Shown here: positions 33,303 through 45,023 of the stretch, in pieces
Layout of the letters: each line of letters begins with the position of its first letter
Position numbering within the stretch: position 1 is the first letter of the stretch
Sequence record: PP434423.1
Reading direction: 5' to 3' (one strand)
DNA from: Escherichia phage 236Ecol005PP
DNA: 64,000 bases
The notes under the pieces: model-generated
Database searches by the model: none
What the model was told of the DNA's origin: nothing
What the model saw: only the letters and a program-made list of their open reading frames with translations
Translations under genes and position numbers: made by a program

Positions 33303-33539
33303 TTATTTACCTATCACAGTTTTAATATGAGTTGTTCCACGTTCTTTAAGAGTGGAAAGCAATTTTTGGCATTTTTCTAAATCAGATTTCCAACTATACG
33401 GTCTATCAATACAAACCCAGTTTGACTTATAATACTGCTTCCATTTAGAGAAAAAATATTTCTTATACTCTACAGCAAATGAAATGTTCTCGTTGGAATA
33501 AGAACTAATTGCTGTGAGTTGTACCAAACGAAATTTCAT
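33303..33539 (-). CDS. hypothetical protein (78 aa)
   Basis: ORF coupled to cd. Confidence 0.45.
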   Translation of the reverse strand: MKFRLVQLTAISSYSNENISFAVEYKKYFFSKWKQYYKSNWVCIDRPYSWKSDLEKCQKLLSTLKERGTTHIKTVIGK

Positions 33540-34120
33540 TATTCACCACAGAATTCGTTGATATTTTCCCAGTTTAACTTATTCAAGTTTTTCTTAGGAA
33601 CATTAAACACTTCAATACCTGCATTTCGCAGAATATCATCCCAGCCAGGTTTATTTTTATCGTATGTTTCGCAATAAACTAGCTTTTTAATACCAGATTG
33701 AGCTATCGCTTTTGCACAATCCGGACAAGGAGAAAGTGTTACATACATAGTAGCACCTTCAATTGAAGAACCGTTTCGTGCAGCAAACAAAATCGCATTT
33801 AGTTCAGCATGAATTTCATTTTTAGACGACCATTCAGAGTGAGCGCTACGGTGTTCTTTCGCCAAGACAAAGCGATCAGTTGAACCAAACGATACACATT
33901 CAGGCTTATGACCTTGAATGATAGTATGTTTAGGCTTATTCAGCAACCAGCCTTGTTCAGCAGCATAATCACAGCAATTCACACCACCTGCTGGAGAACC
34001 GTTATATCCGGTAGAAATAATACGTCCATTCTTTTCAATTACTGCTCCTACCTTCCAGGAGCAACATTTGGATTCTTGTGATACTAAATATGCAATTTGA
34101 AGTACTGTACTCGCTTTCAT
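33539..34120 (-). CDS. cd: dCMP deaminase
   Basis: 193-aa ORF with zinc deaminase motifs HAELNAI and PCPDCAKAI. Confidence 0.9.
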   Translation of the reverse strand: MKASTVLQIAYLVSQESKCCSWKVGAVIEKNGRIISTGYNGSPAGGVNCCDYAAEQGWLLNKPKHTIIQGHKPECVSFGSTDRFVLAKEHRSAHSEWSSKNEIHAELNAILFAARNGSSIEGATMYVTLSPCPDCAKAIAQSGIKKLVYCETYDKNKPGWDDILRNAGIEVFNVPKKNLNKLNWENINEFCGE

Positions 34121-34455
34121 TTCATAATCACCAGATAAGCAGATTTAGCAGTTTCAACACGATAAATTTCGTGACGAAGTTTAGTTATACTTTTAATAAC
34201 AGAACTAATTATATTCTGCCCATCTTTAAAGCGGTTTTTCTTATCAATAAAAATTGCACCAGCCATCTTTTTGTGAAGCTCAACTGGATACTTCGTCACA
34301 ATAATAGCATCATACACAGAAGGATGAATACTATTCACTAGAGTATCATTCATTAAAGTTATTCTAATGAACTGTGCTGTTTCAGAATCAAGCGCTCTAT
34401 GATCGCCAGTATCATTTTCAAGACAATTATCAATTATATCAGTTAAATTCATCAT
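34117..34455 (-). CDS. hypothetical protein (112 aa)
   Basis: ORF coupled to cd. Confidence 0.45.
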   Translation of the reverse strand: MMNLTDIIDNCLENDTGDHRALDSETAQFIRITLMNDTLVNSIHPSVYDAIIVTKYPVELHKKMAGAIFIDKKNRFKDGQNIISSVIKSITKLRHEIYRVETAKSAYLVIMK

Positions 34456-34688
34456 AGTACGCCATACACCCTTTGTGCTTCAACTAATCCATCAAAATCC
34501 AGTTTGAGATGTGTTATTTGGTCACCATCACTTGGATTCACAATTACTAATACTGAACGAGGAGTTTCGGTAATAACACGAACCGATGTTTCAGGAAATC
34601 GTTCAGAAACTTTATTTACCAATTCCTGAGCAAATAGTTTAACTTTTTCTTGGAATTCTTTAACAGTAATTGGTTTTTCACTTAGCAT
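34452..34688 (-). CDS. hypothetical protein (78 aa)
   Basis: ORF in early operon. Confidence 0.45.
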   Translation of the reverse strand: MLSEKPITVKEFQEKVKLFAQELVNKVSERFPETSVRVITETPRSVLVIVNPSDGDQITHLKLDFDGLVEAQRVYGVL

Positions 34689-34750
34689 TTCAATTTCCTC
34701 ATTTGTTTTGGTAAAGCTATAATATCACAACTCTACCGTAAAGTAAACTG

Positions 34751-35026
34751 TTAAATTGCCTTGAATTCTGATGTCTGTGATTCAAAGCGAATATCGCCTT
34801 TGATGACTAGCTCAGCACCAAGACCGAATACGACAATGATATGTGCGGAACCTGGATACAGCGTAATGGCAATAGAATCAACCTGGTCTGGAAGCAAAGT
34901 ATTCAATACATGAGTCACTTGAGCATGAATTCGAAGCTCGGCTGCGTTATCAAGCTTTTCAAACATATTATTAGCAATAATTTGGCTAAACACTACTTCT
35001 ACGATTTTAGAATAAGTTGGAAACAT
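34751..35026 (-). CDS. hypothetical protein (91 aa)
   Basis: ORF in early operon. Confidence 0.45.
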   Translation of the reverse strand: MFPTYSKIVEVVFSQIIANNMFEKLDNAAELRIHAQVTHVLNTLLPDQVDSIAITLYPGSAHIIVVFGLGAELVIKGDIRFESQTSEFKAI

Positions 35027-35028
35027 AT

Positions 35029-35229
35029 TTACCTCACATAATTTTCTTCAAGCCAATCAATAACATCCAACGCATTATCAAAAGTTGAACCATCTACTTT
35101 ATCTTCTGTTTCATAATCAAGAACATCTAAGCCTACTCTTCCATCAACAATAGGCCATAAACAAAATAGATATTTCTTTTCTTTTTCAATTTTATCACAA
35201 AGTCGATAAATCTTTTCTATGTTATTCAT
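35029..35229 (-). CDS. hypothetical protein (66 aa)
   Basis: ORF in early operon. Confidence 0.4.
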   Translation of the reverse strand: MNNIEKIYRLCDKIEKEKKYLFCLWPIVDGRVGLDVLDYETEDKVDGSTFDNALDVIDWLEENYVR

Positions 35230-35418
35230 AAGTTTTCCATGGTAAAGGCAGTTTAGTTTTCTTTACTGTTAGTTCAACATCAGGATTCTTTTCTCTTAAT
35301 TTAAGGCATTCCTCCCAAGCTCTGATTTCACTAGTGAATATACAAAATTGCCCATTACTAGTACCAACTAAACCACTATTTACAATAACAATAGCCCAAG
35401 TTTCATGATGCCACGCCA

Positions 35419-35419
<1 letters not shown>
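35222..35419 (-). CDS. hypothetical protein (65 aa)
   Basis: ORF coupled to pseT. Confidence 0.4.
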
Positions 35420-36763
<1,344 letters not shown>

Positions 36764-36767
<4 letters not shown>

Positions 36768-37000
36768 TTATTTTTCTCAACTAATGATTGAATATAATCA
36801 TGCAGGTCTTTAGATGCTTTACCCCACTTATTTTGATATTCATTTTTAAGATTAGCACGTGATTGAGCTAATAAAACATCATTGGTTGGAGGTAAAGATT
36901 CTAATCGTTGAATCTGGCGTCCATAAATCATTGCAGCCATCTCGGATTCATAAATCAATCCTTTGAGATGTTCAAATTGATGCCATGAAATCATTTGCAT
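36764..37000 (-). CDS. hypothetical protein (78 aa)
   Basis: ORF in early operon. Confidence 0.45.
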
Positions 37001-37290
37001 TTATCCTCTTTTAACTCTTGGCGATAATAACATATCATAGTTTTTTGGTCATGTACATATCGTTTTACATCATTAAGCCAAATACGAAATTCCTGGGAAT
37101 CTTCGAATGGCATACCGACCCAAGCTTTACCATCAATAACTTTAACTTGCCAGGATAGTTTAGCTTCATCATATGACTTTATTTGCACGGGCCAATTAGG
37201 ATGAACTGTTTCTTTCTTTACTTCTAAAGGCTTTGTCGAACAACCAACTAGAAGACCAATAGATAATATTACTGCTGATAGTTTAATCAT
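36991..37290 (-). CDS. predicted lipoprotein (99 aa)
   Basis: N-terminal signal peptide MIKLSAVILSIGLLVGC with lipobox LVGC. Confidence 0.55.
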   Translation of the reverse strand: MIKLSAVILSIGLLVGCSTKPLEVKKETVHPNWPVQIKSYDEAKLSWQVKVIDGKAWVGMPFEDSQEFRIWLNDVKRYVHDQKTMICYYRQELKEDKCK

Positions 37291-37640
37291 TTAGAAAGGT
37301 CCTGGATGTCTTCTGCGAACTTGTTGAAGGAGTTGTTGATTTGTTTTTCAACCAATCCTGGCTTATGAGCCACCACATCCGCCTTCTTTGCGTCTTTGCG
37401 CAGTTTTTCATTTTCACGCTCAATAGCAGCAATTGCCTCACGATTTTTATTATTCATCGCATCAATATAATTATACTGAATTCGCAAATTATTTAATGCT
37501 AAAGCGTTTTCATTGGCCGTTTTTGTAATTTCTACAACAGACGTTTCTAATCTTTCAATTTTACTTTTTAAAATTAAAGAAGTTCCGCCCAATGCAATTA
37601 CAATTAATAGCAAGCCTGCTGTCGTATTACTTAATTGCAT
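37287..37640 (-). CDS. membrane-anchored coiled-coil protein (117 aa)
   Basis: Hydrophobic N-terminal segment AGLLLIVIALGGTSLIL followed by charged heptad-like sequence. Confidence 0.5.
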   Translation of the reverse strand: MQLSNTTAGLLLIVIALGGTSLILKSKIERLETSVVEITKTANENALALNNLRIQYNYIDAMNNKNREAIAAIERENEKLRKDAKKADVVAHKPGLVEKQINNSFNKFAEDIQDLSK

Positions 37641-38137
37641 AAAGTTTTAATAACCTCTATAATATCGTCTTGAGAAAGACCGTTAATTAAAATATGATGT
37701 TCAGCCGGAGATTTAGAAATTTTAAAGCATGCCTCAACATCTTCTGCCATATCTGATGCGCTACGATTTGGATTACTAATTCCAAGACGATGTTTTCCCG
37801 TCAAAGGATTAACGATGATATAGCATTTACAGTTATTAATATGAACATTAGGTTGAGTCTGATTAATGAACACATCACAATCATATTTCGCAAGCTGATT
37901 TTCTAAAAAGACTTTCATCTCCTCAACTGCATCAGGAAGCATATCACGGGCTTGCTCAAGACGACGATTTCGATATTCTTTAATGGTCGTTTTCCGCTTG
38001 ACTTGCTTAGCTAAATCTTTCTTAAGATCGGTGATATATCCAACTCGACGATTTCCTTTAAACACAGAAATCCCATCTGTAGTATCACCGTATGCTTCAA
38101 CGACCATTTCAGTAGTAATAAGCTGTAAATCCATCAT
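37631..38137 (-). CDS. alc: possible Alc (host transcription shutoff) homolog
   Basis: 168-aa ORF in the position and with the size of T4 alc (167 aa as recalled); sequence identity not verified. Confidence 0.45.
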   Translation of the reverse strand: MMDLQLITTEMVVEAYGDTTDGISVFKGNRRVGYITDLKKDLAKQVKRKTTIKEYRNRRLEQARDMLPDAVEEMKVFLENQLAKYDCDVFINQTQPNVHINNCKCYIIVNPLTGKHRLGISNPNRSASDMAEDVEACFKISKSPAEHHILINGLSQDDIIEVIKTLCN

Positions 38138-38142
38138 AAAGT

Positions 38143-38195
38143 CCTCATGTTATGTCAGTAAGACTACTGTAACACAACACGAGGGACTTGTAAAC
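38143..38195 (-). promoter_or_regulatory. second copy of the early-promoter/inverted-repeat cassette
   Basis: - strand GTTTACAAGTCCCTCGTGTTGTGTTACAGTAGTCTTACTGACATAACATGAGG ending 6 nt before the start codon; about 90 percent identical to 24288-24340. Confidence 0.55.
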
Positions 38196-38198
38196 AGC

Positions 38199-39786
<1,588 letters not shown>

Positions 39787-39787
39787 A

Positions 39788-39810
39788 ATAAAATGGGCCC
39801 TTGCGGCCCA
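39788..39810 (-). terminator. hairpin between nrdB and denA (possible partial terminator)
   Basis: TGGGCC-CTTGC-GGCCCA stem with short T-run on - strand. Confidence 0.35.
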
Positions 39811-39814
39811 CTCC

Positions 39815-40984
39815 TTAAAAATATTTTTTAAAACTCATCATAACTTTATCATCAACATCATTATCAATCTGTGCTACAAGGTAAGATGAAAGTTCTACTT
39901 CTTGTGGCGCGGATTGAACATTATCAGAATTAAGATATTCACGAATCCAAGGATATGGATGTTTAACCGGAGCATCAGTAATTGGGCATGGAAGACCACA
40001 CTGTTTCATACGAGATACAGTTAAGTAATCAATAAAGCTCCACATGCTATTTGTATTTAATCCAGGAACATCGCCATCTTTAAATAAATGAACTGCCCAA
40101 TCTTTTTCTTGGCGGTTAACTTCCATGAAAATATCAACTGCTTCTTGTTCACACTCTTGAGCAATTTTAACCCATTCATCGCCATCAGTACCGGATTGAA
40201 GTTGACGAATAATATATTGAGTGCCTTTAAGGTGAAGCTGCTCATCACGAGCAATGAACTTCATAATCTTGGCATTACCTTCCATGATTTCCATGTTTTT
40301 GTGGAAGTTAAATGTACAGGCGAAAGATACATAAAAACGAATAGCTTCCAATGCGTTGATTACATGAAGGCAAAGATAAAGAGATTTCATTAGTGCTCGT
40401 TTAGTGCATTCAACAACTTTGCCTAGCTCTTCTTTACGAAATCCTTCTGATAAAATTCCTTCATAATCTTCAACCGCATTCTGATATTCACGAGTCTTAA
40501 CTAGAACATCATCGTAATAGCGACCAATGGACTCGGCACGTTTCATGATAGCTTTATCTAATACAATCTCATCAAACACTTTTGACGGATCAGTATAAAG
40601 ATTTCGCATAATATGAGTGTATGAACGGCTGTGAATAGTTTCACTAAAAGTCCATGTAGCAACCCATGTATCAAGGCTTGGGTCTGAAATTAATGACATA
40701 AGTACAGCAGACGGTGCACGACCCTGAATGCTATCTAGAAGTGATTGATACTTCAGGTTATTAGTAAAAATATCTTGCTGATACTGAGGAAGCTTGTTAA
40801 ATTGTGCAGCATCCATCATCAAGTTTACTTCTTCCGGACGCCAGAAAAATGACAACTGCTTTTCGGTTAAATCTTCAAAAACTTTATGGCGTTGAATATC
40901 ATAACGCGCAATACCAAGACCTGAACCGAAGAACATAGGTTCTTTTAAAACATCAACTGGATTTGTATTAAAAACTGTAGACAT
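39815..40984 (-). CDS. nrdB: ribonucleotide reductase small (beta) subunit, uninterrupted
   Basis: 389-aa continuous ORF; no intron. Confidence 0.9.
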   Translation of the reverse strand: MSTVFNTNPVDVLKEPMFFGSGLGIARYDIQRHKVFEDLTEKQLSFFWRPEEVNLMMDAAQFNKLPQYQQDIFTNNLKYQSLLDSIQGRAPSAVLMSLISDPSLDTWVATWTFSETIHSRSYTHIMRNLYTDPSKVFDEIVLDKAIMKRAESIGRYYDDVLVKTREYQNAVEDYEGILSEGFRKEELGKVVECTKRALMKSLYLCLHVINALEAIRFYVSFACTFNFHKNMEIMEGNAKIMKFIARDEQLHLKGTQYIIRQLQSGTDGDEWVKIAQECEQEAVDIFMEVNRQEKDWAVHLFKDGDVPGLNTNSMWSFIDYLTVSRMKQCGLPCPITDAPVKHPYPWIREYLNSDNVQSAPQEVELSSYLVAQIDNDVDDKVMMSFKKYF

Positions 40985-41019
40985 ATTATTCTCGCTTATT
41001 ATAGGTTTAAATTATTTAA

Positions 41020-41811
41020 TCACATATTGTGTATAAGCACTTCAGTCTGAAATGATGCACCTTTCTTTTGCTTCCTATACATGGTTTCAAAATATTCAAT
41101 TTTGAAATTATTAGAAAGGGCCCAATCTTTTAAAATATAATTATTAATATCGTCTGATAGATTATTAGTGATAATAAATTTAGACTTCGATTGTTTAATT
41201 TTGTCTAATAATTCTAATTCATCCTTTTCTTCCCAGCCTGAATATTTAAATTTAGTAGAAAGATATGGCGGGTCAATGAATAAATTTTTGTTTTCAAAAT
41301 CCAAATCTCTGAATGATTTATTACTAAATGTAAATCTGTGTTGTCTATTTTTAAATTCAGAAAATTTATCCTGCTGAGACTTATTAAAAGAAGTTCTGGA
41401 ATACTTGGCTCTATTGGCGAAAGCCGCGTTATAATTCCCATTACTAGAAAATCGGATTAACGAACTGAATGAAAATAAATGTAGAACATAAAGATATAGT
41501 CCGTTTTTGGTTTTATCGTATTCTTTTGACAGATTATAAAAAGGTGCTGAATCTTTGTCATTCAAATTAAAGTCTTCAATAATTTGAACTATATCATTAA
41601 TTGAAGATGATTTCATCTTATTATACATATCTATAAGAGGAGTATTAATATCATTACATATAACATCTCTCTGACAATTCATAGAAAATCCAAGACCACC
41701 ACAAAAAGCATCCAAAACAGGCTTATCGTCAAAGCGGTTTGAAAATTGTCTAATAAATGGCATATACTTATGTTTTGCACCTGGATATGTTATGGCAGGT
41801 AGGTCTTTCAT
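41020..41811 (-). CDS. Dam-family N6-adenine DNA methyltransferase
   Basis: 263-aa ORF with N-terminal YPGAK, motif I DAFCGGLG and motif IV FIDPPY in the order typical of alpha-class Dam enzymes. Confidence 0.7.
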   Translation of the reverse strand: MKDLPAITYPGAKHKYMPFIRQFSNRFDDKPVLDAFCGGLGFSMNCQRDVICNDINTPLIDMYNKMKSSSINDIVQIIEDFNLNDKDSAPFYNLSKEYDKTKNGLYLYVLHLFSFSSLIRFSSNGNYNAAFANRAKYSRTSFNKSQQDKFSEFKNRQHRFTFSNKSFRDLDFENKNLFIDPPYLSTKFKYSGWEEKDELELLDKIKQSKSKFIITNNLSDDINNYILKDWALSNNFKIEYFETMYRKQKKGASFQTEVLIHNM

Positions 41812-41854
41812 TTTATTTCTCGTTGTTAGTGACTCGTCCGTGAGTCAAATTATA

Positions 41855-42844
41855 TCATAATTTACAGGATGAACAATCTTCAGCTTTTGGAGTTTCTATT
41901 TCGTAATCATCAGTACCGGAACCATCACGAGTATTATGATAATAGAAGTTTTTAATGCCATAATACCATCCATATAGCATGTCATCAATCATTATTGACA
42001 TTGGAACCTTTCCTTTTGGAAAAATCTGCGGGTCATAATATGTATTCGCTGAAGCTGATTGACATACCCATTTAAGCATAATAGCTACCTGCGTAAGATA
42101 AGGTTTATTACCTTTCTTAGCTAATTTCCACGTATAATCATATAGGTCTATGTTATGTTCAATATTGGGCACGACTTGATTAAAGGAACCCTCTTTTGAT
42201 TCTTTAACAGAGACTGGTCCACGTGGAGGCTCGATACCATTAGTACTGTTAGAAACTTGGGAAGATGACTCACATGGCATAAGTGCTGATAATGTGCTAT
42301 TACGGATGCCAAAGAGCTTAAGGTCTTCCCGCAGCGCCGACCAGTCACAAACGTATTTTGGAGCTGCGATTTGGTCAATCTTTTTATTGTACCAGTCGAT
42401 AGGTAATTCGCCTCGAGACCAACGAGTGTCTGAATAATATTCGCAAGGTCCTTTTTCTTTGGCGAGCTTAATGGATGCTTTAATGAGTCCATACTGTAAT
42501 CTCTCAAATAGTTCATGTGTTAAATCGTTAGCATCTTCATAAGAAGCAAAGTTACTTGCCAGCCAAGCTGCATAGTTAGTAACACCTACACCAAGATTTC
42601 GACGCTTTTTAGCTTTTTCTGCTTCAGGAACTGGATATCCTTGGTAATCCAAAAGATTATCAAGAGCACGAACTTGGACTTCTGCTAATTCATTAATTTT
42701 ATCTTGGTCTTGCCAATCGAAGTTATCCAACACAAATGCGCTAAGGGTACAAAGCCCCACTTCTCCCTTGTTTTCAATAACTTCTATTGTAGTATACTCA
42801 TCATCTTCGTAAAATTCATCTACAAATTCATAATCAATATTCAT
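41855..42844 (-). CDS. nrdA: ribonucleotide reductase large subunit, C-terminal fragment
   Basis: 329-aa ORF; acidic 22-aa leader then GEVGLCTLSAF, ...LSALMPCESSSQVSNSTNGIEPPRG..., C-terminal CSSCKL typical of class Ia NrdA. Confidence 0.85.
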   Translation of the reverse strand: MNIDYEFVDEFYEDDEYTTIEVIENKGEVGLCTLSAFVLDNFDWQDQDKINELAEVQVRALDNLLDYQGYPVPEAEKAKKRRNLGVGVTNYAAWLASNFASYEDANDLTHELFERLQYGLIKASIKLAKEKGPCEYYSDTRWSRGELPIDWYNKKIDQIAAPKYVCDWSALREDLKLFGIRNSTLSALMPCESSSQVSNSTNGIEPPRGPVSVKESKEGSFNQVVPNIEHNIDLYDYTWKLAKKGNKPYLTQVAIMLKWVCQSASANTYYDPQIFPKGKVPMSIMIDDMLYGWYYGIKNFYYHNTRDGSGTDDYEIETPKAEDCSSCKL

Positions 42845-43544
42845 TTAATTCTTCTACCTTTTTTCTAGTAATTCCTAAAGCTTTAGATGCTCGATGTATT
42901 GATTGATATTCTATACCGTTTATTTTTACAGCAATTAAGTTATGGGGTTTTAATCCCTTTGGATGAGGTTTACTGACGAAAACTAAATTATCAAGCTCTG
43001 AAATCTTATCCAATTTCTTACACTTAAATCCTTTGTGATGCGCCCGTTTACCTTTACAAACGGCTGACATCGCAGATGGATTTAAATTATGCTCTTTACA
43101 AAATTCGTTAAGACCTCGATGAATTTCCTCATGACCATCTGGAAATGTAAACACCCAAGACGTTTGAAGTCGAGATTTAACTTCTGGAGACATAGGAATA
43201 CCTTTGTTCCAGGCCGGTTTGCCTTTATTATTTTCAGATACAGAAATAGCCAATTTTCTTCTAAGCCACCCATGTCGTTTATTGGTGTTCTTTCGTTCAA
43301 TATTATCTTCAGAATAAACACACATCATATTAGCGGCAAATATCAATTTATGATTATCTGGATATATCTTTACTAATAATTGATGAGCTATGTAATGCTC
43401 TTCTGGTGTCAAATCTACCAGGTTTTCCTTTGTATCAGAACCACCAATACACAGAGGTATAATATGATGTGATTCGGTATAGCAATCTAATTTTCTGTTC
43501 TTAGCTTTAGAAATAAGGTTATTGTAAATTTTAGAATAATCCAT
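42834..43544 (-). CDS. HNH homing endonuclease inserted within nrdA
   Basis: 236-aa ORF with HNH motif (HHIIPLCIGGSDTKENLVDLTPEEHYIAH) and C-terminal HTH-like segment; AGAGGA SD upstream; 3' end overlaps start of nrdA C-fragment. Confidence 0.8.
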   Translation of the reverse strand: MDYSKIYNNLISKAKNRKLDCYTESHHIIPLCIGGSDTKENLVDLTPEEHYIAHQLLVKIYPDNHKLIFAANMMCVYSEDNIERKNTNKRHGWLRRKLAISVSENNKGKPAWNKGIPMSPEVKSRLQTSWVFTFPDGHEEIHRGLNEFCKEHNLNPSAMSAVCKGKRAHHKGFKCKKLDKISELDNLVFVSKPHPKGLKPHNLIAVKINGIEYQSIHRASKALGITRKKVEELNEY

Positions 43545-43589
43545 AACTTTTCCTCTTGTTATGGATTATTTATTAACGGTCTGTGTACT
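42834..43589 (-). mobile_element. free-standing homing-endonuclease insertion splitting nrdA
   Basis: HNH ORF plus 45-nt leader lies exactly between the two nrdA pieces; too little non-ORF sequence for a group I intron core. Confidence 0.65.
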
Positions 43590-45023
43590 TTATTTGCTTT
43601 GAATTATACCGCCAGGATTAGCTTCATAAAACTTAGCTACATCCGACTTCTTAATTTTAATTAAACGGGTTTGTTGACTATTCACATCATTTGTTGGAAT
43701 AGCAATTTCACAACACAAGTTACTCTGACGAATAGGTGCTTTTTCACGAATAAATGGAGTATAGTTATTCGTATTATCAATGAACTGCACATAAATCCTT
43801 GCTGTTCCTGAGCGTTCAGTCATTAGCAATTCAAACAGTTCACGGGCTTTAATACGCTTTTTACGAATATTAGGGTCTTTTTCTGCGGCTTCATATAATT
43901 CACGGAAACGGTCTTGGTCTTTAAAATAAGAATAATAAAGCTCACCACCCATTTCATGTGGACTGAACAAAGTAATGTAGTCGTTCTTTCCAAAACGTTC
44001 CATCATCAAATCATTCAGCTGGACGCCATAATCCATATGACGGATACGGTTTTCTTCTACACCTTTGTTATTTTTCAAAACGAGAAGATTTTCAACTTCC
44101 AAATGCCAAATAGGATAATAAGCAGTAGCAGCGCCGCCACGAATTCCACCCTGTGAGCATGATTTAACAGCAGTCTGAAAATGTTTCCAAAAAGGAATAA
44201 CACCAGTATGGCGTACTTCACCTGTACCAATCTTAGAACCTTCGGCACGAATCATACCAACGTTAATACCAATTCCAGCGCGTTTGGAGATATATTCAAC
44301 AATTGAAGCGGAAACCTTATTGATAGACTTCAGCGAATCACCTGCCTCAATAACAACACATGAACTAAACTGTCGAGTCGGAGTACGACAGCCAGCCATA
44401 ATAGGAGTTGGCAATGAAATCTGTCGAGTAGATACTGCTTCATAAAAACGAATAACGTGTTTTAGTCTATCAACAGGTTCATCTTGATGCAATGCCATTC
44501 CAATAGTCATAAATGCAAACTGCGGAGTTTCATAAATTTGACCAGTGGTTTTATCTTTAACTAGATATTTTTCTTTTAATTGCATCGCCCCGGAATAAGT
44601 AAATTCCATATCCCGCTCATGCTTAATTTTTGATTCTAAAAATGTAATTTCTTCTGCTGAATATTTTGACAGCAGTTCAGGGTCATATTTACCTTCATTT
44701 ACACAGTAAGAAATATGGTCAATAAATGAACGTGGTTCATATTGTCCGTAAACATGCTTACGAAGAGCAAACATTAAACAGCGTGCAGCTACATATTGAT
44801 AATCAGGCTCTTCAACTGAAATAGAATTCGCAGCAGCCTTAATTACAATGGTTTGAATGTCATCAGTGGTCATTCCATCACGGAGATATGATTTAATATT
44901 TTCATATAATTCATAAGGATCTACAGATGTTCCTTCAGCTGCCCAAGATAAAACTTTAATAATTTTTTGCGGGTCAAAGCTCTGAGAAACACCACTACTT
45001 TTGATAACATTAATTAATTGCAT
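43590..45023 (-). CDS. nrdA: ribonucleotide reductase large subunit, N-terminal fragment
   Basis: 477-aa ORF with ATP-cone-like N-terminus and active-site motif SNLCCEIAIPT, then a 29-aa Lys-rich non-homologous tail and stop. Confidence 0.85.
   Translation of the reverse strand: MQLINVIKSSGVSQSFDPQKIIKVLSWAAEGTSVDPYELYENIKSYLRDGMTTDDIQTIVIKAAANSISVEEPDYQYVAARCLMFALRKHVYGQYEPRSFIDHISYCVNEGKYDPELLSKYSAEEITFLESKIKHERDMEFTYSGAMQLKEKYLVKDKTTGQIYETPQFAFMTIGMALHQDEPVDRLKHVIRFYEAVSTRQISLPTPIMAGCRTPTRQFSSCVVIEAGDSLKSINKVSASIVEYISKRAGIGINVGMIRAEGSKIGTGEVRHTGVIPFWKHFQTAVKSCSQGGIRGGAATAYYPIWHLEVENLLVLKNNKGVEENRIRHMDYGVQLNDLMMERFGKNDYITLFSPHEMGGELYYSYFKDQDRFRELYEAAEKDPNIRKKRIKARELFELLMTERSGTARIYVQFIDNTNNYTPFIREKAPIRQSNLCCEIAIPTNDVNSQQTRLIKIKKSDVAKFYEANPGGIIQSK

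Noticed and set aside
39815-40984. Looked for a group I intron and I-TevIII-like ORF inside nrdB
   Set aside because: nrdB is a single uninterrupted 389-codon frame with no excess sequence; no intron present.
42834-43589. Considered that the nrdA interruption is a group I intron or an intein
   Set aside because: Only about 45 nt of non-ORF sequence flank the HNH ORF, too little for an intron core, and the flanking NrdA fragments end/start with stop and start codons plus non-homologous tails rather than in-frame intein junctions.
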